This document shows, piece after piece, positions 1 through 13,430 of a DNA stretch of 64,000 nt; position 1 is the stretch's first letter, and each line of letters begins with the position of its first letter. The stretch comes from Albugo candida. Lineage: Eukaryota. The position numbers and the translations under genes are program-made. Where the stretch lies: positions 1 to 64,000 of the forward strand of contig JBDOQK010000030.1 in NCBI GenBank assembly GCA_040437565.1, in the 5' to 3' direction. Below the pieces are notes generated by a model. It saw nothing but the letters and a program-made list of their open reading frames with translations. It ran no database searches and was not told the origin of the DNA.

Positions 1-531
1 TCTGCTCAAACCGCCTTTTCTTAAAATCCAATGAGATATGTGTGCTAAACCACCTAACATTGTCACCTTTATTCAAAAATAATGTTTTTTTCTGTCCACC
101 GTTATCGAGTTCAAACGCTGTGCGAAGCGAACTCTGCATCCTACTTTGTATTTACCTGATAGTCGGACTGGATATGTATTATTGTCCCGTCTACTGAAGT
201 AGATTTTTCTAGTTCTTCTCACTACCGCAAATCGATGTTACACAAAACACATGATCCTGTATCCTACGAGCATGTGAACTTGGAGCAACAAGTAAACGAA
301 ATCCAGACATCATCAGCACAGCGCAAAAACATCTCAATCGAGTCTGCTAAGACCGCCTTTTTTCAAAAGTCAATAAGAGAAGGGAATTGTTGCGGATATC
401 CCGAATTGTAGCTACGGACACACCCCTAAAAACAAACATCTTCGACATAACCCTTCTTTCGTACCGTCAATTGAGTAAATAAGGAGTCTTTTTATCCCTA
501 AAAATAGAAATTACAAACATGGGTGCGACTA

Positions 532-3500
532 TGGTGTGACTCCCCTAAAACCAACACTTTTTTTTGTTTAATTTCGGGCAAATTTTTTCTTAACAAATCC
601 AAGAAGTTTTGTGAATTAACCAAAGCTTTTTTTCGAATATGTTCATTTGATTTAAATGTTATTATTTCAAGTACTATTTAAAGTAAGTTTTTAAAAATAA
701 GAATGTAGATTTGAGTAAAGTTGGTAAGGTTCTGCGCGTAATATCAAATTAAACCATTAAAGAAGAAATTTANNNNNNNNNNNNNNNNNNNNNNNNNNNN
801 NNNNNNNNNNNNNNNNNNNNNNNNNNNNNNNNNNNNNNNNNNNNNNNNNNNNNNNNNNNNNNNNNNNNNNNNAATTAAACCATTAAAGAAGAAATTTAAA
901 AAAAAATTATAATGGCTCCTCCCAAAAAAAGAAGGCTGGCCCTATTAGCCAACTTGCACCAAGCCAACAACAACAAGAGGCAGCTTCAGGCACAGAAACC
1001 ATAGCAGGAAGAGGTGGAGGCAGCAGAGGATCTCGACTGTCAGAGCCTCATGTCAGACTGGAGTGGAGACGATGAAGAGGAAGAGGAAGGTGGAGAGGAA
1101 GAAGACTGGCTGGAATCAGACACATCTCAGCTACAAAAGAGAATTGCTGCTGTCCAGGCTCAGCTGGAGAAGGAAAAGAAGGGGGAGAAGAAGAGATATT
1201 CTACCTTTAAAAGCCAGCCGGCTTCTTTTGCCAAAAACGTTCTTTACTTTCTATCTCTTTACATACCTTGGCAGAGAACTCAAGTACTACCAAGTGGAGG
1301 AGGGAGAAGTATGTCAAGGAGAATAACCTGTAGAGGCTGGACATCTACTTCAAACCAGCAGGTCAGCAGGTCAGCAGCCATCAGCAACTAAAAGAAAGGG
1401 TCTTTTCATTGCATCATAAGCTGAGAGTAGTGAGCAGTAGGGAGAAGAGGGAGAAGAAGGCAGGATGGAAGAGGCCATTAACGGTTTTAAGGAAGGGCTG
1501 AAAGGCATACAGAACCAGAAAAGCAGCTGGGGAAAATTCACACCTTATCTTGTTTTAAGACTTATGGTCATCCTCCAGTATCTGGAAGGACGGCTTTACC
1601 AGGGCATGAGAAAGAAGGAAGTGTCAGCTACTGCGGCCAACGACAAACTGCACAAGACGTCAGACTGGGCCTGCAGGAACGTTGGGCTTTGGGCAGATCG
1701 GTACTTGGTCAGCAAAGCCCTTCCAACACATCAGCAAGGCCGACATTCAAAAAGGAGAGAGATCCTAGCAGACCTTGATATCAAGACGGAGTGCCTGTCA
1801 TGGATGAGGGGGAGGAAGCTCAATGAAGATCGCCCAAAGAGCTCCAGATGGTCCTTCAAAACAGCATTTCCCCAAAGGTCCTGGGAGAGAAGGAGCAGAA
1901 GATCTGCTTTTTGACAGTGATCAAGTACCTTAAGATCTGGGGATTCAAAGAAAGAAAATGGGAAAGCAATTGTATAGGGACGGTCATGAAAGGGAGGATG
2001 TGGTAAAGTATAGAGGGTTGGTCAATGAGGATTATGGAGTACAAAAGAAGATGGATGAGTGGACTGAAGAGGAAATGGATGTGTTGGTGGAGGGCAAGGT
2101 GGAAGTGTGGGGCAACAAGTGTGTGCATGTGACGCACGATGAGTCCACCTTCTACAGTAACGATGGAAAAGAGGGGTTCGGGGTAGAAGAAGGCGATAGC
2201 TGGATTAGGAAGAAAGGACCAGGAGGGTCAATCATGATCAGTGACTTTCTGTGCCCGTACAATGGGCCCGTGAAAGTCACTAATCAGCAAGCGAGGGAGA
2301 AAGGGCTCACTTCACCATTATCTAGAGAGATGATCATGGCAGGCAACAACAGAGATGGTTGGTGGAAAAGGGGAGATATGGTGAGGCAACTCAAGGAGAA
2401 GGCCATCCCCATTTTCAACAATCTCCATAAAGGATGTATTGGTGAGTTTTATTCAATTTCTTGTTTCACATTTCAAGTTGGAACTGAAGATTGATTTTTT
2501 CTTCCCAGGACTGTTTTCTTTCGACCAATCCTCCAATCATCAGTCTTTGCTCTCAACGCTCTGGTGGCTGGCAGGATGACTCTCAAGCCCAAGAAGGAGA
2601 AAACATACCAGTACAAAGATGGATGGTACATCATCGATTACAAACAAATCTGGCAATCCATGTGGTTTACCCACATGGGAGAGATTTACTTTAAGAGCAT
2701 CGAAAGGGTAAGCTTTCTTCTCTGTGCTTTCAAGATCTCACTGATGCGATCTCACCACTGACGTTGCTCTCTCACAGGTGCTAAAGGAAAGAGGGCTCGG
2801 TCCTCCTACCAACGTAAATTGGAATCTGGATTGCCATTCCAAGGCATTGCCTCCAACAAATGGCTGCTGCTGGAGGCATGCCTTGATGGCCTAGACCGAT
2901 TTTGCTGAACAGGAGTCAGTCCTGGAGATGGAGGTGAAGCAGACAGTAAAAATTATTGAATATTACTCCAAATTCCACTGTGAGTGCAACTTCATCGAGA
3001 GTTACTGGGGAGCCGTCAAGAGAGCATCGCGGAAGCAATGTAATTATAAATTCACCTCGCTTTGAAAGAGGCTTCCTGTTATCCGCAATGGAGTGAGCAT
3101 GACGGATAGTCGGAAGCACGCTCAAACATCCTGGCGATACATCGAAACGTAAAGCAAAGTCAAGGATGGGGTTGAGGCGAAGAAGGTTGATCTGGAAAGA
3201 CGGAAGATGAAATCGCACCGACGTCTACGTTGATTTCTACCGGCATATCGATGTGCTGACAGGTGTTTGTGCTTTTTTTAGATTTTCTTATAACTCTGCC
3301 ATATATACATCGTCATTCCTCGTTTATACCTCCCATGCCCTATTTCCTCTTATCCCAGGCCAAAAACTGTGCATAGACATTCCCTTTTTTTTACCTTGCC
3401 TGCCTTTTTTCCTTTTATTTCAGCCACGAAAAAAAAATACACAGCTTACGACCTTTCACACGGGGTGTTTCAAATCCTGCCGATCTTAGGAAGACATGCA

Positions 3501-3688
3501 AGAAGTCAACCTTTCAGGAGTATCAGCACCATGAAAAAAAATATATGCACGATCTGCTTGAAACAAAATGTTCATCACTGCAAAAGCTGTCGTTTGGTGC
3601 AAGAAAACTTGACAAAACTTTCCAATCCAGGTGTCTGATAGACTTTGAACTTGGTCAAAAAAATGTTGGTTCTAGAGGACTTGCACCA
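532..3688 (+). mobile_element. IS630/Tc1/mariner-superfamily DNA transposon (tentatively Sagan-like), about 3.16 kb, TA target-site duplication
   Basis: Imperfect ~40-bp TIRs (tggtgtgactcccctaaaaccaacacttttt at 532; aaaaaaatgttggttctagaggacttgcacca ending 3688). TA lies on both sides (530-531, 3689-3690), and the element encloses a DDE transposase pseudogene. Confidence 0.85.
912..3233 (+). pseudogene. Intron-containing DDE transposase pseudogene
   Basis: Starts MAPPKKRR (NLS-like) with an acidic tract. Motifs: VTHDESTFYSND, KKGPGGSIMISDFLCP, GNNRDGWW, spliced GLFSFDQSSNH, NGCCWRHAL, YYSKFHCECNFIESYWGAVKR, C-terminal KSHRRLR*. Introns at 2442-2508 (GTGAGT..CAG) and ~2708-2777 (GTAAGC..CTGAC..CAG). 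Multiple stops and frameshifts. Confidence 0.85.
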
Positions 3689-6600
3689 TATTGCCACAGA
3701 CGTTATGACTTTAGCCACAGACGTTTTAGCTTATGCCACAGAAAAAAACAACTCTGATTGGCTAATTTGTGTACATTAATAAGATTGGTCGATAAGGTAG
3801 CTATATTACTGCTTCAACGTAAGATATAGTATACAATGCAATGTTCTCTAGATCCGAAATCTGTTACACAAACAAAAGTCGGTGACTGTTCAAAAGATAA
3901 CATCTTGGACCTGAAGTGAAAATAAAACATGGTCCGGTTATTATTCTCTGCACCTTTGATTCAGGTCTTCTTCAAAAAATTGCTAATAAAACTCCTTTTT
4001 AAGTTGTGCATTTGTTGCTGCATGCCTTCTAACTGCTTTGTTGACTCCGCGGCAGCACATTTCAGAATCCTTCTAAAAAAGCTCACTTGTTGTCGCTCAC
4101 ATGATATACATGGGCTGTTTACATAACGTTCCCCGGCAGACAAGGTCAAGGAGTATATCAAAAATCGCGAGAAATTGGATCGGAATTGCCACATGCGCAT
4201 TAATGAGTAAGGTATTACCGTTGACGTATCTAGTTAGGAAATGGTTACGTCTCTAACGTATCGGGTTCGGAACTGGGCTCGTATCTTTCTAGATATCGGT
4301 CGAAAGGTATCTTTCTAGATTTTACGTAAGGAGAGAACCTTGAAGAAAAAAACACACGTACTTTACGTCGGAATAGGAAAGATCGAGCAATCGACGAAGC
4401 TGTCGTCTGGATTGCTCTGTGAAAGATATGTTGAAGAGAAATAACGACGAAGACCGAACACGCATCGCGAAAGGTTATCACGCAATTTCGCATAAAGTCG
4501 AGAAAATAGCACAATATTCGTGTGCAGTTTCTCCAATCGACGTATAAGCACGACGACGAAATGAAAAATTGGTGCGAGGGGACAGAATGAAGAATATGTG
4601 GTAGTTCATCTTCAAACGACATGAAAATTGAGTTCAGGAACGCGAAATCTCCTATTTTTTTCCTCACATAAACTTTAACGAATGCGAACTTTGAGGACTA
4701 AAGCTGCGAAAGCTCTATCAGCGACCAGTTTTTTTATGGCGCTTCGTCGCAACGCATGTATGGCGCGATGCCTAGGCTATTTTGAGTAACAAAATATACA
4801 TACTGGAAATCTCTATTACGAACATTCAAATATTTATGCAAATAAGAAAAGAAATGATATTTACGTGAGCATATTCAGCGCCAGCATTCTATTGATTTTC
4901 ACTTTATAGAATGGGGAAGCTTCAAAATATATCTTATGTTGAAGCAGTGATATAGCTACCTTATCGATCAATCAAATTAGTGTTACACAAATTAGTTAAT
5001 GAAAGGTGTTTTGTCTGTGGCACTAGGCACACTCATCTTTGCAAATTCTATTTTTAGGGATACTTAGACTCCTTAATTTACTTATTTGACGGTATGAAAG
5101 TAGGGTTATGTTTGTAAGTTTTATTTTTAGGGGGGTGTTCGTAGCAAATATTGGGTGTGTCCGCAGCAATTTCTTATTTTTTTTATGTTTTCACACAAAA
5201 GTAAGTTTGGCATTTGATGTGCTTTCAAGCGGCAGCTATCAGATATTAGTTGATTTTTCGTGGCTGGCGATACTCTATATCAACCTCTAAATGATGGCGT
5301 TGTATATACACAACTCTGAGTGGTGATAATGCTACATGGCAAAACCCTGTCCCAAACTCGGTGGAAACAACTTTTTGGTGTTGAACTTCTTCTTGAAGAA
5401 GTATGCTGATATAAGACTCGAGCCACCAATGATGCCAAGACACCCATTTTGAATTAGGCTTCACTAACAGCCACACACTATCAGGCCAATGGTTAGTCAT
5501 TTCGGGTGCTCTTTTTCAACGCCTATACGAAACTGTTCGGAGGTAGGCACTGCATAGCTGTTCTTTGAATTGATGATATACAGTTGTACATCTCTTGTAC
5601 ACATTACCTTATATCATATAATAGAATGCATGTTAATCCGTCAGATATACTGATGATTCATATTTATTATTGCTAGATTATTTCACGGAGTAGTGTTGGA
5701 GTTGTCTCTTATGCCGTGTTAATGGCAAGTTACCCGAGTCTTCTTGGGACGAGGTTGTGCTGATACTGTTCAATTCAATATAAAATCTCTTGAATAAATC
5801 ATGCTAGGTGCAGTTTCAGCTTGTTCCATTACGCTGTATAGCGTCTGAGTATATTTCACGGCATCCATATAGCTCTTCCAGTGACATAAAATAAACATAC
5901 TGACGTAATTAGGAAGTGGAGATTAACACGATCGTCTTTGTCCTTACTCGATTCTCTCTGATTCGATTGAAACTGTTCCTAAACTTCAGCGACTTTTTCT
6001 TGGCCGTGTGGTGTAAATTCATCTCGCTGCTTGACCACCATTCTTAGAGCTTCAAATATTTTGATCGACATAATTGCCTTTTTACACTGCTCTTAACGGA
6101 ATATGCTGAATTACGATAGCACATTATATGTTGTAATTGTGGGGAATGACGCCGGCTTTATCTTCGAGGCGATTCATAACGAATTACATTACTTTACGGT
6201 CTCGTAATCCGTAAGGTACATCTATTTAATATGGACCGCAACAAAGCTCGTGTGTTTAGCTTGCTTTTTCCGGATGATGTCAGAATGCCTCTCTTTTTTT
6301 TGCTTCAACCTTTAGGTGCAAATATTTATCGCGTCTTATTTTTAATTCTCATCGTGTTGAGCTTCCTCATCGATGATGGAATTTGTATAGTGCTGCCGCT
6401 TTGATTTTCACATCGGTGTCTTTATCTCGGGGAAGTTACTACTGCATTGCGTGATGAATCCTACTATAGTAGTAGCAAGAACAGTATACTAGAAAAAGCA
6501 GACATGGAGCTTGTCGTGCCGATGATGGCAAAGGCTATGATGATAATCATTGCCTTGAAGCGCTAAGCAGCCGTGCAAAGTGTCTATGCAAAAGGTCGGA

Positions 6601-7609
6601 ATACTGTGATACGTTTCAATTACATGGTCCATATCTTTTTTTTTTCAACATTTTTCGGCTCCATCGATTTTCCCCAGTAGTTTGTATTTGATACGGCCAG
6701 GAATTCTCGTTCACGAGGGTTCAACGTTTTGCTGCAAGATGGAGATAATAGAAATAGAAATGTGTGGAAAATGGTATACTGGTTAGCTACATCGGCATGT
6801 CATGAAAAGCCGATAAAAAGGTCAAATTTATCATAGTTCTTCCAGGATTACAGCTAAGCAATTGAAAAGTCGGGCTTCACAACCACTATATCCTGAGGCC
6901 CGATATAAGTTGGTTGTCTATCAAGCTATTCTTAAACTGGACCGGTAACGGTATCTACTGTTTGAAAACACATGGACTTCACTTAGATTCCGCATAGAGG
7001 ACAGTTTCAACCTTTGCAGCGCAAGGTGCTTTCGGCTGCTCGTGTGACGAATGACTAGGAGTTAGTGAGCATGATCATATGAAAACTGATCTGCTCTGCT
7101 TTTAACGTAGCTGTAGCTCCAAATCAACCATAAAGCAATTCTGAGCAACTCCAAGCAAGTCATAACCTTTATGTGTGTATCATTCCAGCGATGAAGAGGC
7201 ATATCATTTATCTTGGCGTTCTGAAGTATCGTTGCCACTGGAGTAGTGGTGCTTTTTGCGGCTATGTTTATCGAATAAAATCCAGTCGAATCTTTGTCTA
7301 TATTGTTGAGAACTTCATTTATAAAATATAATGGTTGGAAAACATAAAAGAAATTAAAAGTTGCATAATCTTATGAGAGTGCTGAACATACGTCGAGTCT
7401 AATGGGGTGGGTGCCATTATTCCAGTCTTGATTTCTTTCTCTATCATACAAGTATGGACATTAATGAGGGGACTCATCGATAGCACGAAGTGTGCGAACT
7501 TTTGTACTAAATCGCGCATGATAGCGAGGGTACCGCCAAATGTACAATATACTCACGTTTGTTAAAGGATTCATCGTCGTACTGTACATCGAATTTGAAT
7601 TTAGCGACT

Positions 7610-8978
7610 GCCAATGGTCTAAAAACGGCATATACTCACACTACCAAAATGAATCTCGCTTGGACTTCAGAAGCCTTAGCAATCATCTTTGGAAGTTGCA
7701 TATGCGTCATCAAATCTAATATATAATCAAATCTCTCGCTCTTGAGATGGTTTGAAAAACATACAGCCGAAATCTGAAACCAAAATACTTGGAGTCGCTT
7801 GCTTCGGAATACTTGGATAGATGTTTCATGTCATTGGTTGGGATCAAGCGAATGCATGATCTTTCTGGTATGCTTCATGGTAAGTGAGTGGACAGCATCA
7901 AGATATTTTGAAAAACTTACAAGCATCAAACAGATTATTTTAGGTCATTTACGACAGAGTGGCTGTGGTATGCATCAATGTGAAAGCGCAATCAATCGAT
8001 AAAGCTTATTTTTGAAGCTACGCGATATGCATGTGATTGCTTGGTTTTCGAATCGACCGCAACACATATCGTATTTGGTGATTTCAACACACCACTCGAT
8101 CCAGCTATCGATGCTTCGAGTGCAACAATTCGACACGAACCAAGTCGATTAGCGTGTTTGTAATGGCTTTCACAGCTGGGTGTGGTCGACGCTTGGAGAA
8201 TTTAACATCCGACTGAAAAAGTATTTACAGGACCATTACCGCGCAAAAATCGACTTCATTAAATCTGCATGTCGGAAGAGCTATTCAATATGGTATAAAA
8301 ACCCTCTGAGTATTTTCGTCCACGACATGCGGGAGATCATCTGGCACAAAAAGTAACTTTTGCAAATCCAACTCAATCTCCGGGTCGAGGAGATTGGAAT
8401 ATTCATTACGACTATTTGAATATCCTAAACTTGTCGAACCAATCAAATTGGAAGCGATTTTGCTGCTCGAAAAGGTGCGGACAACTTCGAATCCCGGAAA
8501 AGTGTGGGAAAGTTGGAAGACAAAAATTAAGAAACAGCTTCAAAGCATTGAAAAAAAGGTTGCAAAAGATAGCCGACGTGATGTTGAGTCTAGCCAGCGT
8601 GTCTTTGAAGTCGCCGCAGATCGATATCGCATTCAAGACACCAATGAGTCACGGTATTTTTACGAATCGAGTCTCCAACATTTAGAATTTCAGTCGAAAA
8701 CAATGCGAAATACAACCAAGATACAAGTTTCGACCATCACGTGAAGCATATGGAGAACTCTTCCAAGCATTTTTTTTGCCCTCTGGATAGTTCTTGTCGT
8801 CGCGTGCCGATAGAAAATGTCATCAAAAAGTGTGGTACCGTGACATCGACCCGAGGGAGATTATTGACGAATTCAGAGATCATTGGGGTGGTGTCATGGG
8901 CTCTCTTTATAGCTCAGAGACCGACTCAAATGTTCCATGTGAAAGAAAGCAAAAAAAGTTACTCGATTCGATTCAAGT
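7610..8978 (+). mobile_element. Degenerate L1/Tx1-like LINE ORF2 (APE endonuclease plus linker), cut off by an assembly gap
   Basis: Endonuclease motifs across broken frames: VFGDFNTPLDPAID (~8071), VVDAWR (~8182), VFTGPLPRKNRL (~8221), AGDHLA (~8329), GRGDW; then VWESWKTKIK and ENSSKHFF, typical of the EN-RT linker. Confidence 0.75.
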
Positions 8979-9579
8979 NNNNNNNNNNNNNNNNNNNNNN
9001 NNNNNNNNNNNNNNNNNNNNNNNNNNNNNNNNNNNNNNNNNNNNNNNNNNNNNNNNNNNNNNNNNNNNNNNNNNNNNNAGTCTCGTATTAAGGGTGCTGA
9101 GTCTACTGCGATACGGGATTATCAACGAGACGACATATTATCAGCTCTCAAAGGTATTTCACGAACCGTTTTTATATGTATATATATATTATTTAAGATA
9201 GCCTAGGCAACTAGAGAAGTCAGTTAGTCTAATTCTAGTAATATAGACTCCTTCAACTGATTGCTTGATTACTGGTGAGGCTAAAACTACAGATTTGCCA
9301 TATACACGGTTGAAATTGATGGGATTATTGGATGACGTAAAATACTTGAGAGTTAGGATGAAAATTGCTCACTATCATCGCCGTCTAAGCAATTCATCCT
9401 GACCCTGCATATATAATTCCGGTAAAAACGCATGGATCTTTAAAAGAATTGACGAAGCAATGTGATTTTTGGTACAACGTATACATTAAAGCATGGATCT
9501 TCGGATGTGTTCGTTGTAACATTCGGGAAGAGATTAAACATGAATATTGTAATTGAAGGCAGTTATGCATACATCGTGC

Positions 9580-9900
9580 ATCATAAGTAACGGAGAAAAC
9601 ATACGATACGGTGATGCTCTGACCAGGTGATTATCGTCACAAATTTCGTGATACTATCGGTGGGCTCAACATAAAATGGCTCGCACACCAAGCTATCGAC
9701 ATCAAAACAGGAGGCAGCGATAGATTCATCGAAATCAGAAAGAAACTGGGCGCACGAGATGAACCTATCGACAGGGTTCACTCGTCGGCATGTTCACTAG
9801 CTTGTATACAAGGTGTTGGTGTTTGAATTTGTAAGTGTAATTGGATCAAGAAGCATAAGCTTCAAATATTGACATTCATCTTCTTAAAGTCGTAAGAATC
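9580..9900 (-). pseudogene. Fragment of an unidentified multicopy gene family, paralog of 14300-14660
   Basis: The minus-strand peptide VDRFISCAQFLSDFD matches VDHYISCIQFLSKFD of the ORF at 14298-14501, with shared DNA aacataaaatggct. Both copies are interrupted by stops. Confidence 0.4.
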
Positions 9901-12127
9901 AAATAGCCGAAAGCGGAAAACAATTCTATGTCTCAACAGAATTGTGAGAAAAATATAATAGCTAGCCACAATGAGCAATGGAAGCAACGAAATTGTCCAG
10001 TCGAGGGTGTTCATTATGCTAGAATTCGAGATGTCCACTTATTTAAATTTTAGNNNNNNNNNNNNNNNNNNNNNNNNNNNNNNNNNNNNNNNNNNNNNNN
10101 NNNNNNNNNNNNNNNNNNNNNNNNNNNNNNNNNNNNNNNNNNNNNNNNNNNNNCTAGAATTCGAGATGTCCACTTATTTAAATTTTAGGCTATGCCAAAT
10201 CATATATATAGCTGAGCACTTTGCGTGCATAACGCTATCTTCAATGTATTGCAAATTTGCTACCTGCTTCATAGGTATAAATGTACAAGCAAGTCATATC
10301 TTTGTTTCTGAGAATACTTAGTGACAGTCCTTCAGTGGAGCTGCCTTACTCCTCCTCAACACGAGACTGTATCCAAATTCTAGATATTTATTGTATCAAA
10401 ATACAAGTTCCCCAAATTGCTGCCCAATACACTAGTATGAACACAGCTTTCCAACTAGGACCATGTTTGGGGTGACACTTGCTAATCTAGTTTCCAGTGT
10501 GACACCCACAGCTAAACAACTGGTGCTAGAGAGCATCAGAAATACTTTAACTGGCCCAGCTGATCCATAAGCTATGCAAGCTGACTTCACTCGTCCTGAT
10601 TGTGATACTGCCCTCAAAACAATCTTATATGCTTACTAAAGGTGATGTAGATAAGGACACACCATTGCAAAATTACAGCGCTGGTATCCATTATAATAAT
10701 AACGAGCCGAAGAGCACAGTTGCGATATTGCGGAAGCAATAAACGTCTCAACAGATCTAGTATACAGATCAGGGTTAACACGTGCTTCCAATTCCGCATA
10801 ATTACAGCTGGACCCGATTATCTTCCCACTACTGCACGGCTCTTTTCAATGAACAACTCCGAAAGATATAATGGAAATTTCAACACCAATTTCTGACATC
10901 GCAACTCAAATGTACAAAGGAGAAAATGGCCTATCCATGACCGACTGATTCGACAATTTTAATTTTTGTGGAAGATAATGCAGCATTGAAGTAACGTATT
11001 ATATGTTCAAGAAATAATTATGGTGGGACTAACATGAAATAAGATGTGACTGGTTCCATAAGAAAGTGCTTTCCTCGCTCGAGAAGCGATCCAAAGCATG
11101 CGGTAGACCTCTGGGAGAATCTCTTCATGCAACTGAATCGCTGGAGTAATTAATTTCGAGTGCATGTACATGGTTAGAAGTGATCAAGGAAACGAATATC
11201 ATTTTGCCAAAAATGGCGATGTTACCAAGTACATTGGCTGCTACCACACTGCCAACATAACAGAGGAAAGTAGCAGAAAATAGCAGATTGCTTGCTAGAA
11301 TGGTATGCAATTTTGTATATGTCACACATGGGTTTAAGACCAAGTTACCTATCTGGAGAAAGAGCTGTTCCGAGAAATACAGCGAGTGCTTGAATCAGTA
11401 CAGTAATATACCAGGCCCAGATGCCCGTGGGGAAATAAAACGGTTGATAGAGCGATCAGTGAGGTCCTAAGGGATTACATGAGCGTATAAAGCATGCAAC
11501 AAGATGAGTGGGATCATATTATTTGAAATAATCCCATCACACATCAATTAAAGCTTTCAGCCTTTGACGCTAGTCCCACCGATGCCACCCTTAAATGAAA
11601 CACCTTNNNNNNNNNNNNNNNNNNNNNNNNNNNNNNNNNNNNNNNNNNNNNNNNNNNNNNNNNNNNNNNNNNNNNNNNNNNNNNNNNNNNNNNNNNNNNN
11701 NNNNNNATGTGACTGGTTCCATAAGAAAGTGCTTTCCTCGCTCGAGAAGCGATCCAAAGCATGCGGTAGACCTCTGGGAGAATCTCTTCATGCAACTGAA
11801 TCGCTGGAGTAATTAATTTCGAGTGCATGTACATGGTTAGAAGTGATCAAGGAAACGAATATCATTTTGCCAAAAATGGCGATGTTACCAAGTACATTGG
11901 CTGCTACCACACTGCCAACATAACAGAGGAAAGTAGCAGAAAATAGCAGATTGCTTGCTAGAATGGTATGCAATTTTGTATATGTCACACATGGGTTTAA
12001 GACCAAGTTACCTATCTGGAGAAAGAGCTGTTCCGAGAAATACAGCGAGTGCTTGAATCAGTACAGTAATATACCAGGCCCAGATGCCCGTGGGGAAATA
12101 AAACGGTTGATAGAGCGATCAGTGAGG

Positions 12128-13430
12128 TCCTAAGGGATTACATGAGCGTATAAAGCATGCAACAAGATGAGTGGGATCATATTATTTGAAATAATCCCAT
12201 CACACATCAATTAAAGCTTTCAGCCTTTGACGCTAGTCCCACCGATGCCACCCTTAAATGAAACACCTTATGAATGGTACACTTCCGGAAATATGAGCAA
12301 CTCTCCAGGAGGTAAGCGTATGAATACAGATAAAGTACAGAAAACGCAGTATCATTATGATGCGGTAGAAGCGAGTATCAGACAAAGTTATCCGAGCAAT
12401 TTAACTCGCTTTTGAGGAGATGAGATCTGTTCACTTGAGTTACACGTGGGGTACACTCGTCCTGGTTGCAGTTTTGTGCTAAAAAAGCGATTTGAGACTA
12501 TTGCTTAAAAAAGGGAGGGCATTTTATTGCGCGAATACGAACTCATCAGTTTTACAAGCCGTCATAGCAATACGAAGTGCTATTAAAACGCAAATGGTTT
12601 TACAATACAGAAGCAATACTGTAATATGTAGGGAAGTTATGAAGATGTACATGTGATATCATAATACTGGAAATAACCTTGCGAAGAGAGCTGTAGCCGT
12701 TGCTGAATTTGCTTAAGCTGAAGCTCATTCCAGCTGGACTACCAGCTACGTAATTAGGTGAACGGATAATGTAGCTAATAAGAGACGTTATTTTGCCATC
12801 CAATCTTTATGGAGACTTTATGCGGGCAACGTAGAGACCTTCGAAAGTCCCTACCGAAACTTTTTAGCCATCTCATTTGGAATGTGACAGCCTGTAGATG
12901 GAATGGACGTTCATTTGATTTTATAGCGTAAATTAGTTCATCTTCTCAAAGATGTCGACAATAGAAATATATAGAGTGCAAGTAAACGCATAAAGTCCAG
13001 CGCACGTTATGAGCTGAAGAATAGTGCACCAGGCCATCTAATTGAAGATGATAACCAATCTCGATCGATATTTTTCTCCAAGAAAGAAGACGCATGAAAT
13101 TGTTGCACGATTCCGATCCATGATACATAGATCAGTTGAGGCGCAAGGCGTAATCGATGGCTCTTGAATAGATGTCAGAATTTTTTCAGCATGATCAAAT
13201 CAAGACTGATGTATATTCTCATCCCTACATACAATTTTATGATAATTTGGAAGCTTAGCCCCAAATTGGTCATAATATTTCATCTTACATGAAATCAATG
13301 ACAAATAAGAGCAGAAACAAGTCGGATGCCATCTATGACAATCCTAACGGCCTAAATTCTTCGTATGACTGACGAAATTGTGCTTCTTGTATCTGCCTTT
13401 ATGTACAAGAAGAAAGGTTGCTGCAAAGTA
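12128..13430 (+). repeat. Dispersed repeat or decayed gene copy A (inverted copy B at 57287-59680)
   Basis: Colinear reverse-complement similarity over ~1.3 kb. The ORFs 12600-12803(-) MDGKITSLISYIIRSPNYVAGSPAGMSFSLSK and 58942-59160(+) MDGKITALIRYIIRSPNYVAGSPAGMSFSLSK are near-identical. Confidence 0.85.

Larger units (their letters stand above)
382..5174. mobile_element. Long-TIR non-autonomous DNA element (MULE/foldback-like); its left TIR is split by a younger Tc1/mariner-type insertion
   Basis: 382-531 joined to 3691-3830 is an imperfect inverted repeat of 4925-5174. Example: gggaattgttgcggatatcccgaa vs revcomp agaaattgctgcggacacacccaa; gtcgataaggtagctatattactgcttcaacgtaagatata vs revcomp atcgataaggtagctatatcactgcttcaacataagatata. 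No clear TSD and no recognisable transposase in 3830-4925, so the superfamily is uncertain. Confidence 0.7.

Noticed and set aside
5246-6300. Possible LINE ORF2 C-terminus on the minus strand (Trp-rich ORF 5246-5500)
   Set aside because: No convincing RT or zinc-finger motif could be reconstructed.
11044-12269. Apparently perfect 563-bp tandem duplication
   Set aside because: The identical copies sit on either side of a 100-N gap, indicating unmerged contig overlap. The same pattern occurs at the gaps starting 773, 10054, 38253, 39201, 43013, 43554 and 55347.
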